NCBI GenBank assembly: GCA_017624735.1
Contig: JAGAMK010000003.1
Coordinates: forward strand, 28,802-60,801
Source: Clostridia bacterium
GTDB taxonomy: Bacteria; Bacillota; Clostridia; Oscillospirales; Acutalibacteraceae
Direction: 5' to 3'
Length of the DNA stretch: 32,000 nucleotides
Shown: piece by piece, positions 23,980 through 32,000 of the stretch
Position numbering within the stretch: the first letter of the stretch is position 1
How the letters are laid out: every line of letters starts with the position of its first letter
Position numbers and translations under genes: made by a program
Notes under the pieces: model-generated
The model's input: only the letters and a program-made list of their open reading frames with translations
Told to the model about the DNA's origin: nothing
Databases searched by the model: none

Positions 23980-25314
23980 TTATTCAAATGGGAATGGGAA
24001 TGATGACTCATTTGTGCTTTGCTTTTCGCTTATTGTTGTTTCATCAACCAATTTTACAGTTACATCGAATTTTGAAACCTTATAATTACCGTCAACACGT
24101 GCAATAGTAAGAGTCAATTTATCACCAACCTTACCATTTTCAATAACTTCCATCAAAACATCGTAGGAATCAAGATTTTTGCCGTTTACAGCAATAATCA
24201 TATCTCCCTCTTTTACTTCAGTATTAAGCAAGTCACTACCGTTTGAAATTTCTGCAATAACGATTGCTCCTGATGGCAAATCATTTGCTCTCACCATAAT
24301 TGAATATACTTGATTATTTGTTGCAGGACTGAATTCGATACCTAAAACAGGTCTATTCATTACCTTACCGTTTTTAATGAGTTCATCAACAATCTCTTTT
24401 ACTGTAACGGATGGTACTGCAAAGCCCATGCCTTCATAATCTTCTGCAGCAATTTTTGATGAGTTGATACCAACAACCTGACCATACTGGTTTACAAGAG
24501 CACCACCTGAGTTACCAGGATTGATTGGAGCAGTGTGTTGAATACAGGAAACCTCATATCCTACCGGACTGTCAACAGGTCTGCCAATAGCAGAAACCAT
24601 ACCATTTGTAAATGAACCAAAGAACTGTGTGCCACCCGGATTACCGATAGCGTAAACCGGGTCACCTACTTCAAGAGTTGATGATTCTGCAAAATCAGCA
24701 GGTTTTAAATCCGTACTGTTAACACGGAGAACACCAATATCAGTTTTTACATCCAATCCCACAACATATGCGTCATATTGCTTATCGTCTGCTGTCTGAA
24801 CAATTATTTTAGGATTTTTTGTGTTTATTACGTGTGCACATGTGATAATGTATGTTGCTGTGTTATCAGAATTATATCCCATAACAATTCCTGTGCCTTC
24901 GGACTGCACCTGAGTTGCATTACCTGAATATACAATAACACCAACTGAACTATCATTGACCTTTTTGTAGATTTCCTTCGCTGAAAGCGGTCCGTCGATA
25001 GGAGTTTCGTTATCAACAACAGGAGGTTTTGATAATTCTAACTTTGTATCGTCCCCTGATGGAGTTTCTTGAGATAACGGATAATTGAGAATTTTGTATC
25101 CGATAACCACGGCAGAAAACGCAAGAGTTAACACAACTATAACAAGAACTACCAACGAGCCTTTTTTCTTTTTCTTCTTTGGTGGTTGAGGTTGTTGTTG
25201 ATAATAATTGTTAACAGGAGGTGTGTAATTTGAATAGTATCCGCCTGTTGGTTGTGCATTATAAGATGATGCTTCTTCCTGAGGATTAACATCTTTATTC
25301 ATATTTTCGTCCAT
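23980..25314 (-). CDS. htrA: HtrA/DegP-family serine protease (S1C) with a C-terminal PDZ domain; membrane-anchored
   Basis: Catalytic motifs TCAHVI, DIGVLRV, GNSGGALVN, and a PDZ segment. The N-terminus is a P/Q/Y-rich tail + K6 + TM helix. Confidence 0.88.
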   Translation of the reverse strand: MDENMNKDVNPQEEASSYNAQPTGGYYSNYTPPVNNYYQQQPQPPKKKKKKGSLVVLVIVVLTLAFSAVVIGYKILNYPLSQETPSGDDTKLELSKPPVVDNETPIDGPLSAKEIYKKVNDSSVGVIVYSGNATQVQSEGTGIVMGYNSDNTATYIITCAHVINTKNPKIIVQTADDKQYDAYVVGLDVKTDIGVLRVNSTDLKPADFAESSTLEVGDPVYAIGNPGGTQFFGSFTNGMVSAIGRPVDSPVGYEVSCIQHTAPINPGNSGGALVNQYGQVVGINSSKIAAEDYEGMGFAVPSVTVKEIVDELIKNGKVMNRPVLGIEFSPATNNQVYSIMVRANDLPSGAIVIAEISNGSDLLNTEVKEGDMIIAVNGKNLDSYDVLMEVIENGKVGDKLTLTIARVDGNYKVSKFDVTVKLVDETTISEKQSTNESSFPFPFE

Positions 25315-25343
25315 ATTTTATCCTCCCTTTGGAATAAAAGGAT

Positions 25344-26879
25344 TTATTTTTTCTTATCACTTTCAAGCTCAAAGGTAAACTTTGTGTATTTGCCTTTTTC
25401 GCTTTCTGCGGAAATCTTTCCGCCGTGCATATCAATAATCGTCTTACATAGATAGAGTCCAAGACCCGCACTCTTAATATCGTAGCTTCGGGATTTATCC
25501 ACCTTGTAAAAACGTTCAAAAATTCTACTGATTTCTTCGGAGTCAATTCCATCACCTGAATTCTTAATGGAAACAATTACATTTCCGTCAATTCTTCGGT
25601 CAACAGAAACCGTGATTTCTCCGTTTTGTTGAGTGAATTTTACTGCGTTATCAATTAAATTATATACAACCTGATAAATCATATCCCTATCTGCACAGAC
25701 AACAGTATTTTTTATGTCTTCAAAGCCAGCGATATTGATTTCTTTTTTCTCAATTTCCTGCTCAAATGTCAACATACAGTTAAGTAGCAGGTTTGAAATA
25801 TCGAATTCCTTGTATTTTAGTTCCAACTGCCCTGCCTCGATTTTTGAAAGATTAAGCATTGAAACCACAAGTCGTGAAAGTCGTTTAACTTCGCTTGATA
25901 CCCTTTGAAGATATTCTTCACGTTGTTCTTCAGGAATTGTACCGTCAAGAATACCGTCAATAAAACCGCTGATTGTTGTCATTGGTGTTTTCAACTCGTG
26001 GGAGACATTTGCAACAAAGCTTCGTCTTGATGATTCCAACACAGAAAGAGCCGAAGCCATTTGATTAAAGGAATTACAAAGCTCCGCCAACTCATCCGAG
26101 CCTCTCACCTGAACACGTTTACTGAAATCACCCTTGGCATAGGATTTTGTAGCATTTGACATCTGACGTAAAGGCTTTGTCATTTTTGCAGTAAAGGCAT
26201 AGATTACAAGGAATGAAAGAGCCGCTGCAAACAGGGCTGATGAAAGATACATTCCCGCCATACTCATTGTATATGCTCTCAAACCTGATTGAACAGGCTT
26301 GACTGCAAAGACCATACCTATTGTATTTCCCCTGACTTTCACTGGATAGGATGCCATAAAGAAATATTCATCCATAACCTTTTCATCTTTATTCCTTAAA
26401 ATCAAAGGCTCTTTTTTTGCTTTTTCAATAACATCATTTGAAAAATAGTAATCTCTGTGAACAGGACAATTTTCGCTTGTGGGCGAATACCCGTAGTCAA
26501 AGTCTTCACGGCAAAGAAGAACTTCACCCGATGAGTTACAGAAGAACACATCCGCATCAATAGCAGTAGCAGTTATGCCGATGTTATTACATACTATTAT
26601 TAAAGCATTGTTAAATTCTTCATTAGTGGTACATTTCGAAAATAGATTTTCACAATATTCTGCATTTTGCTTAACATTCTGATTTAAAAGTGCCTCTGTT
26701 TCCTTTGTCCACTTTGTAGAAAGGAAAACTGTCAAAGCAGATGCCAAAACAATGTAACTCACCAACATTAAGCTTGTCATAATGGTAAGGTACTTTGCAA
26801 ACAATGGCAGATGTGTGAAAAATTTACCTATTCTATGCACTCTTTTTTTTAAAAAATTATTTTTTTCCATGAGTTTCAA
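25344..26879 (-). CDS. sensor histidine kinase (two TM helices, extracytoplasmic domain, HAMP, HisKA, HATPase_c)
   Basis: H-box SHELKTPMTTISGF, N-box DNAVKFT, G-boxes DGIDSE and GLGLYLCK. Overlaps the regulator stop. Confidence 0.88.
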   Translation of the reverse strand: MKLMEKNNFLKKRVHRIGKFFTHLPLFAKYLTIMTSLMLVSYIVLASALTVFLSTKWTKETEALLNQNVKQNAEYCENLFSKCTTNEEFNNALIIVCNNIGITATAIDADVFFCNSSGEVLLCREDFDYGYSPTSENCPVHRDYYFSNDVIEKAKKEPLILRNKDEKVMDEYFFMASYPVKVRGNTIGMVFAVKPVQSGLRAYTMSMAGMYLSSALFAAALSFLVIYAFTAKMTKPLRQMSNATKSYAKGDFSKRVQVRGSDELAELCNSFNQMASALSVLESSRRSFVANVSHELKTPMTTISGFIDGILDGTIPEEQREEYLQRVSSEVKRLSRLVVSMLNLSKIEAGQLELKYKEFDISNLLLNCMLTFEQEIEKKEINIAGFEDIKNTVVCADRDMIYQVVYNLIDNAVKFTQQNGEITVSVDRRIDGNVIVSIKNSGDGIDSEEISRIFERFYKVDKSRSYDIKSAGLGLYLCKTIIDMHGGKISAESEKGKYTKFTFELESDKKK

Positions 26880-27552
26880 ACTTATATCCGACGCTCCAAA
26901 TTGTTCTTAATTCCCATTCGTCAGAAACGCCTTTAAGCTTATCACGAAGACGTTTTATGTGCACGTCAACAGTACGACTGTCACCATAATAGTCAAAGCC
27001 CCAAACAGCATCAAGCAACTGGTCACGTGTGAACACTCTGTCAGGATTACTTGCAAGGTGATAGATAAGCTCCAGCTCTTTTGGTGGTGTGTCAACTGCA
27101 ACACCATCAACTACCAACTCGTAATTTGAAAGATTAATTGAAAGTTTATCGTATTTAACCTCTTTTACATCTGTTTCCTTAACCTGTGATGTACGACGAA
27201 GTACAGCTTTGATTCGAGCAACTAATTCCTTTGTGTCAAAAGGCTTTGTCATGTAGTCATCAGCACCAAGCTCAAGACCTAAAACCTTGTCAAAAACCTC
27301 ATCCTTTGCAGTGAGCATAATAATTGGTTTTTCGCTTGTCTTTCTGATTTCACGGCAAACCTGCCATCCGTCAAGCTGTGGTAACATAATATCAAGTAAT
27401 ACAAGGTCAGGATTTTCTACATTAAACATATTCACAGCGTCAAGACCTGTGTGAGCCATTACAACTGTATATCCTTCCTTTTCAAGATACATTCTGAGTA
27501 AGTCGCAAATATTTTTCTCATCATCTACAATAAGAATTTTTCCTTTTTGCAT
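26857..27552 (-). CDS. OmpR/PhoB-family response regulator (WalR/YycF-like)
   Basis: Receiver LIVDDE...LVLLDIMLP...MLTAKDEVFDKVLGLELGADDYMTKPF plus a winged-helix C-domain (RTVDVHIKRLRDKL). Confidence 0.9.
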   Translation of the reverse strand: MQKGKILIVDDEKNICDLLRMYLEKEGYTVVMAHTGLDAVNMFNVENPDLVLLDIMLPQLDGWQVCREIRKTSEKPIIMLTAKDEVFDKVLGLELGADDYMTKPFDTKELVARIKAVLRRTSQVKETDVKEVKYDKLSINLSNYELVVDGVAVDTPPKELELIYHLASNPDRVFTRDQLLDAVWGFDYYGDSRTVDVHIKRLRDKLKGVSDEWELRTIWSVGYKFETHGKK

Positions 27553-27630
27553 AAAAACCCTCCTCTTTTTTCATTTATTATAAAATGAAAATTTTAACAA
27601 AATAATAACAAATCATTGTTTATTTATAAA

Positions 27631-28113
27631 TTATTTATGGTATTTTCCGTTGTTACTTATTGAAAATCCCCTGTAAATCTGTTCTTCGAGCATTATTCTT
27701 GCAAGCTTGTGTGGGAAGGTCATTTTTGACATTGAAAACTTAAAATCGGACATTCTTTTTATCTCGTCCGAAAGTCCAAAAGAACTACCAATTATAAAAA
27801 CTACTGAACTTTTTCCTGAAAGAGCAATATCATCTATTTTTTGTGATAGTTCCTCCGAAGACATCTGTTTCCCCTCAATGCACATTGAAAATACATAAGA
27901 ATTCTTTGGTATTTTTGCCATTATCATCTGTGTTTCCTTGTTTAATGCATTGTCAATCTCGCTTTGTGAAGGATTATCCGACAATTTCACAGGTTCAAGT
28001 TCTGTAACAGTCAATTTACAATATGCTGAAAGTCTTTTTTCATATTCGCTTGAAAAGTCCTTCATATATTTTTCTTTTAGTTTGCCCAGAACAATGAGCT
28101 GAACATTCATCAT
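27631..28113 (-). CDS. rlmH: 23S rRNA (pseudouridine1915-N3)-methyltransferase
   Basis: SPOUT-family RlmH length and motifs (IGSSFGLSDEI..., FPHKLARIMLEEQIYRGFSI). Confidence 0.88.
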   Translation of the reverse strand: MMNVQLIVLGKLKEKYMKDFSSEYEKRLSAYCKLTVTELEPVKLSDNPSQSEIDNALNKETQMIMAKIPKNSYVFSMCIEGKQMSSEELSQKIDDIALSGKSSVVFIIGSSFGLSDEIKRMSDFKFSMSKMTFPHKLARIMLEEQIYRGFSISNNGKYHK

Positions 28114-28901
28114 AATATCAATGCCCTTTCATCCCATACGGGTTTTGCAACTCTTATGTAATAGTCATCACCCTCCTGTGCACCTGCCATTGAGAGTGCA
28201 CAAACACTTGTCTGATAAGCAAGTGTAGGAAGATTATTTTCCCTGCTTAAATGTCCTAAAAAGAATCTTGTTGTTCCGGTTTCCAAAAGCTTTGCAAGTG
28301 TTTCGGCACAGGCATCATTTGAAAGGTGTCCTTTGACTCCTAAAATTCTTCTCTTTAACATATATGGATATCCACCACATTGAAGCATGTTCACATCGTG
28401 GTTTGATTCAAGCATTACAAGGTCAGAACCTTTCAACGCATCAAAAACTGTATCCGTCATAATTCCAAGGTCAGTTGCAATTGCGATTTTTCTGCCATTA
28501 GCCATTTCAACAGTATATCCGCAAGGCTCAATACAGTCGTGGGAAATTGCAAAAGGCTTTATAAACATACAACCAACATCTGCACCATCTTGGGTAATTA
28601 TCCTACATTCGTTCACATTATCAAGTGCATCAGTCTTTGCAAGTGCCTCATAAGTCCCTGCAGTCATAAAAACTCTCGCCTTATGTTTTTTTGTAAAAAC
28701 TTTAAGGCCCTTAACGTGGTCAGAATGCTCGTGAGTAACAAAGATATTACGGATGCTGTCCGCATCAACACCAATACCAAAAAGGGCTTGTTCAACCTGT
28801 TTCGCAGTCATACCTACGTCGATTAAGATTGAGTCTTCCCCACCGCCAATATATATTGAATTGCCCGTTGAAGATGAAAACAAGGGACAGAATTTTGCCA
28901 T
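28110..28901 (-). CDS. MBL-fold metallo-hydrolase, YycJ/WalJ-like
   Basis: HxHxDH motif THEHSDHVKG; 263 aa; 4-nt overlap with rlmH. Confidence 0.8.
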   Translation of the reverse strand: MAKFCPLFSSSTGNSIYIGGGEDSILIDVGMTAKQVEQALFGIGVDADSIRNIFVTHEHSDHVKGLKVFTKKHKARVFMTAGTYEALAKTDALDNVNECRIITQDGADVGCMFIKPFAISHDCIEPCGYTVEMANGRKIAIATDLGIMTDTVFDALKGSDLVMLESNHDVNMLQCGGYPYMLKRRILGVKGHLSNDACAETLAKLLETGTTRFFLGHLSRENNLPTLAYQTSVCALSMAGAQEGDDYYIRVAKPVWDERALIL

Positions 28902-28924
28902 AAATTATACTCCTAATTGGATTT

Positions 28925-29010
28925 GTCATTCTGGGCGTCAGCAAAGAATCTTTTTGTAGGCAACATAATTATCAATAGAGATTCTTCGTCACTTCGTTCC
29001 TCAGAATGAC
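28925..29010. repeat. 85-nt hairpin repeat, copy E3, 23 nt upstream of the yycJ-like start
   Basis: Reverse complement reads GTCATTCTGAGGAACGAAGTGACGAAGAATCTCT...AAAAGATTCTTTGCTGACGCCCAGAATGAC, the same gene-relative orientation as E1 and E2. Confidence 0.85.
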
Positions 29011-29026
29011 CTTTTTTGTTTATATT

Positions 29027-29052
29027 AAAAAAGGACGGTTTAAACACCGTCC
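29027..29052 (-). terminator. intrinsic terminator after murA
   Basis: GGACGG-N8-CCGTCC hairpin followed on the minus strand by T6. Confidence 0.75.
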
Positions 29053-29059
29053 TAAACAC

Positions 29060-30352
29060 TTAGCCTACACTTAATACGGTTTTTTCGTCATCAGGACTGT
29101 TTCTTAATTCGATATCCGCACCTAAGCTACGTAATTTTTCAATTATGTTATCGTATCCACGCTGAATGTGGTGAATTTCTTCAATTTCAGTTGTGCCTGA
29201 AGCTACAAGACCTGCAATAACCATTGCTGCACCTGCACGAAGGTCATTAGCAATAACAGGAGCACCCTTTAAGCCCTCAACGCCTTCAATAAAAGCAGAT
29301 TTTCCGTCAACAGTAATTTTTGCACCCATTCGAAGCAACTGCTCGATATAACGGAAACGATTATCCCACACACTTTCACTTACCATGCTGTTACCTCTTG
29401 CAACGGATAAAAGAACAGAAAACTGAGGTTGCATATCTGTTGGGAAACCCGGATGTGGCATTGTCTTTACGCTACAATGGTTTGGACGGCAATCGGAATA
29501 AATTCTAATTGAGTCATCATTTTCCTCAACCACCACACCACATTCAATAAGCTTTGCAGTTATTGACTCAAGGTGTTTAGGAATAACATTCTTAATAAGA
29601 ACATCACCCTGTGTTGCAGCTGCCGCAACCATATATGTTCCTGCCTCAATCTGGTCAGGAATAATTGCATATTCGCAACCGTGAAGCTTGTCCACGCCAC
29701 GGATTTTAATAACATCAGTACCTGCACCACGAACGTCAGCACCCATTGAGTTTAAGAAGTTTGCAAGGTCAACAATATGTGGCTCTTTTGCTGCATTTTC
29801 AATAATCGTAAGACCCTTTGCCTTAACCGCAGCCAACATTAGGTTGATTGTAGCCCCTACTGATACAACGTCAAAGTAAACAGATGCTCCCAAAAGACGT
29901 TCAGCTTTAACGTCAACCATAGCATTTTCTTCCATTCCTACAGTTGCACCAAGTGCCTCAAAGCCTTTGATATGCTGGTCAATAGGACGAACACCAAACT
30001 GGCAACCACCCGGCATTGCAACTCTTGCGTGGTTGAATTTGCCTAAAAGTACGCCAATAAAGTAATAAGAAGCACGCATAAGTTTTGACAAATCATGCTC
30101 AACAACATTAGTACGGACATGAGTAGTGTCAATCTCCAATGTACTCTTGTTAATCATCTTTATTTCAGCGCCCAAGTGACGTAATATTTTAATCATAGCA
30201 GAAACGTCGCTGATATTGGGAATGTTCTCAATTCTGCAAACACCTTCTGCGAGAATAGTTGCCGGAATTATCGCAACAACAGCATTTTTAGCACCGCTTA
30301 TTTCAACTTCGCCGACTAATTTTTTGCCGCCGTTTATTATGATTTTTTCCAA
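29060..30352 (-). CDS. murA: UDP-N-acetylglucosamine 1-carboxyvinyltransferase
   Basis: ISGAKNAVVAIIPA, active-site loop MPGGCQFGVRPIDQHIKG. Start moved to TTG 30352 (LEKIIINGGKKL...) because GAGGGGGAAG lies 6 nt upstream. The track start at 30376 would place that SD inside the coding sequence. Confidence 0.92.
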   Translation of the reverse strand: MEKIIINGGKKLVGEVEISGAKNAVVAIIPATILAEGVCRIENIPNISDVSAMIKILRHLGAEIKMINKSTLEIDTTHVRTNVVEHDLSKLMRASYYFIGVLLGKFNHARVAMPGGCQFGVRPIDQHIKGFEALGATVGMEENAMVDVKAERLLGASVYFDVVSVGATINLMLAAVKAKGLTIIENAAKEPHIVDLANFLNSMGADVRGAGTDVIKIRGVDKLHGCEYAIIPDQIEAGTYMVAAAATQGDVLIKNVIPKHLESITAKLIECGVVVEENDDSIRIYSDCRPNHCSVKTMPHPGFPTDMQPQFSVLLSVARGNSMVSESVWDNRFRYIEQLLRMGAKITVDGKSAFIEGVEGLKGAPVIANDLRAGAAMVIAGLVASGTTEIEEIHHIQRGYDNIIEKLRSLGADIELRNSPDDEKTVLSVG

Positions 30353-30554
30353 GGCTAACTTCCCCCTCAAAATCAAATAATCTATCGTTTAAGCTTAATA
30401 ATCACAACAAAAAAGCGTTTGATATATCTATTTTTCAAAAAAATGCTCAAACGCCTTTAATAGTATAACACAAAACTTTGAAAAATAAAAGAGTAAATTA
30501 CAAATTTTACTGTATTTTTTTGGTAATTTTGACGAACAAATGTTTGTTTATATG

Positions 30555-30583
30555 TTGACTAAAAAAGTATTTTATTGTATAAT
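30555..30583 (+). promoter_or_regulatory. near-consensus sigma-A promoter reading into repeat element C and the epimerase/HAD genes
   Basis: TTGACT (30555-30560), 17 nt, TATAAT (30578-30583). Confidence 0.7.
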
Positions 30584-30588
30584 GATAT

Positions 30589-30853
30589 ACAATAAAGTTG
30601 GAGTTTATCGGGATGCTTGAATATGTGACCTTGCCTCCCTCTGACGAGGGAGGTGGCACGAGCATAGCGAGTGACGGAGGGAGAGATAGGCTTGTTGTTT
30701 ATTAAATCTTTCCCTCAGTCTGCTTCGCAGACAGCTAAGTCTCGCCTGCCGGCTCGGTCGGTGCTTCTGCTTTGCAGAGGTCTCCACCGGAGACCCGCAC
30801 CTCGTCAGAGGGAGCCGAAAAAAGATTAAGTCAAAGACCCCTACAAATTAAAA
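30589..30853. repeat. composite palindromic intergenic element, copy C (left terminus ACAATAAAGTTGGAGTTTATCGGGATG; right end degenerate)
   Basis: The left end aligns with copies A and B. The interior has GC-rich hairpins CCTCCCTC-TGAC-GAGGGAGG (30634-30653), GTCTGC-TTC-GCAGAC (30718-30732), GGTCTCC-ACC-GGAGACC (30779-30795), and a long-range inverted repeat 30634-30649 / 30800-30815. It ends with GACCCCTACAAATT. Confidence 0.6.
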
Positions 30854-30913
30854 CTTATCTGTTTATTTCAAAATCCCCCTATGTTGTAGTCCACAGTGAA
30901 AGGAGTTTGTTAT

Positions 30914-31756
30914 ATGGTTTATTATCTGGAAAACGAATTCTTAAAAATTGCAATCGACACTCACGGTGCCGAGCTTTCTTCAATCTTCAATAAAAAAGAA
31001 AATAAAGAAATGCTCTGGCAGGGTAATCCTGAATTCTGGGGCAGAAAAAGTCCCGTGCTTTTCCCCGTTGTGGGCAAATATAAAAATGGCAAAACAACAT
31101 ATAACGGAAAAGAATATTTTCTCGGTCAGCACGGCTTTGCAAGGGATAGCGAATTCACTCTCATTGAAGAAAATGAGAATAAACTTTCCTTTGAGTTAAC
31201 AAGCAACGAAGAAACACTTACAAAATATCCTTTTGAATTCCGACTTATTTGCTCATTTGAACTTAAAGATGACACAATTACTGTCGGCTGGAAAGTTGAA
31301 AACACAGACGATAAAACAATTCATTTTTCAATTGGTGCACACCCTGCTTTTTATTGTGAAAAGAGTAAAACTGTGCTGACAATGAACAGCCAAAACATCA
31401 AATACAGTCTTGTCAATTCCAATGGTCTTTATACACCAAAAAAATATGATGTTGAGTCGAGTTTTGTTCTTCACGATTCTGTTTTTGACAATGACGCACT
31501 TATTATTGAAAATAGTGGTGTAAATGAGATTTCACTCGTTGATGATAAAAAATATATAACAGTAAAATTTGATGCACCTCTTTTCGGAATCTGGTCACCC
31601 ACAAAGAAAAATGCACCTTTTGTTTGCATTGAGCCTTGGTATGGCAGATGCGATGCAGAAGATTTTAACGGTGACATTACAGAAAGAGAGTGGAGCAATT
31701 CGCTCGACATTGGCAAAACCTGGTACAAGGAGTATGAAATTATAATCCATGAGTAA
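30914..31756 (+). CDS. aldose 1-epimerase family protein (LacX-like)
   Basis: MVYYLENEFLKIAIDTHGAELSSI..., QHGFARD, GAHPAF, EPW motifs of the galactose-mutarotase-like fold. ATG 30914 preferred (AAAGGAG 8 nt upstream) over the track GTG at 30896. Confidence 0.75.
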   Translation: MVYYLENEFLKIAIDTHGAELSSIFNKKENKEMLWQGNPEFWGRKSPVLFPVVGKYKNGKTTYNGKEYFLGQHGFARDSEFTLIEENENKLSFELTSNEETLTKYPFEFRLICSFELKDDTITVGWKVENTDDKTIHFSIGAHPAFYCEKSKTVLTMNSQNIKYSLVNSNGLYTPKKYDVESSFVLHDSVFDNDALIIENSGVNEISLVDDKKYITVKFDAPLFGIWSPTKKNAPFVCIEPWYGRCDAEDFNGDITEREWSNSLDIGKTWYKEYEIIIHE

Positions 31757-32000
31757 GTTTAAATATATTTTATTTGATTTTGATGGAACACTCACAGACT
31801 CATCAGAGGGAATTTTTAAAAGCCTTACCTATGCCTTTGAAAGCTATGACCACGGCACTCCACCCAACGATTTGCTTAAAAAGTTCATAGGTCCACCACT
31901 CTATCACAGTTTTACTGTTTTCTGTGGGTTCGACGATAAACACGCGTGGGAAATGACGGACAAATACCGCGAAAGATACCGCAAAATCGGTTATCTTGAA
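31749..32000 (+). CDS. HAD-superfamily hydrolase (phosphoglycolate-phosphatase-like). The 3' end is beyond the window, so it is not in the ORF track.
   Basis: Hand translation MSKFKYILFDFDGTLTDSSEGIFKSLTYAFE... with the HAD motif I DFDGTL. The ATG overlaps the epimerase stop by 8 nt. Confidence 0.8.
   Translation, partial: MSKFKYILFDFDGTLTDSSEGIFKSLTYAFESYDHGTPPNDLLKKFIGPPLYHSFTVFCGFDDKHAWEMTDKYRERYRKIGYLE

Noticed and set aside
2535-30853. Possibility that the recurring palindromes form a CRISPR array
   Set aside because: The copies are kilobases apart, are not direct repeats with regular 25-40-nt spacers, and there are no cas genes.
30605-30993. ORFs 30605-30787 (-) and 30772-30993 (+)
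   Set aside because: They are translations of the GC-rich hairpin modules of repeat copy C (Arg/Ser/Pro-rich). Neither has an SD, and the plus-strand ORF runs into the epimerase gene out of frame.

Overview
AT-rich Firmicutes chromosomal segment, probably a Clostridia-like gut anaerobe (taxonomy is inference only). It is gene-dense and mostly minus-strand housekeeping. Contents in order: a partial GH36 alpha-galactosidase; a small accessory patch (Cys-rich small ORF, a 50-aa ribbon-helix-helix gene missing from the ORF track, a stand-alone tRNA-Leu(GAG)); the glycogen operon glgB-glgC-glgD-glgA; a MarR plus heterodimeric ABC exporter operon; an MFS/GPH-like transporter with a large insertion; a DUF2804-like protein; HtrA protease plus an OmpR/HisKA two-component pair plus RlmH plus a YycJ-like MBL hydrolase; MurA; and aldose-1-epimerase-family and HAD genes. 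The one clearly foreign block is a plus-strand, 6-kb, eight-gene phage head-morphogenesis and DNA-packaging module at 14228-20235 (terS, terL, portal, protease/scaffold, major capsid, three neck proteins). It has no tail, lysis, integrase, repressor or replication genes and sits between host operons. It is followed by a ~325-bp non-coding element bounded by ~60-bp inverted repeats (20339-20664). Intergenic regions carry several families of palindromic repeats. One family, an 85-nt hairpin GTCATTCTGAGG...CTCAGAATGAC, occurs three times, always in the same orientation and 23-33 nt upstream of a start codon (glgA, terS, yycJ-like). No CRISPR array, rRNA gene or transposase gene was seen. All calls come from reading and translating the sequence by eye; no database search was run.
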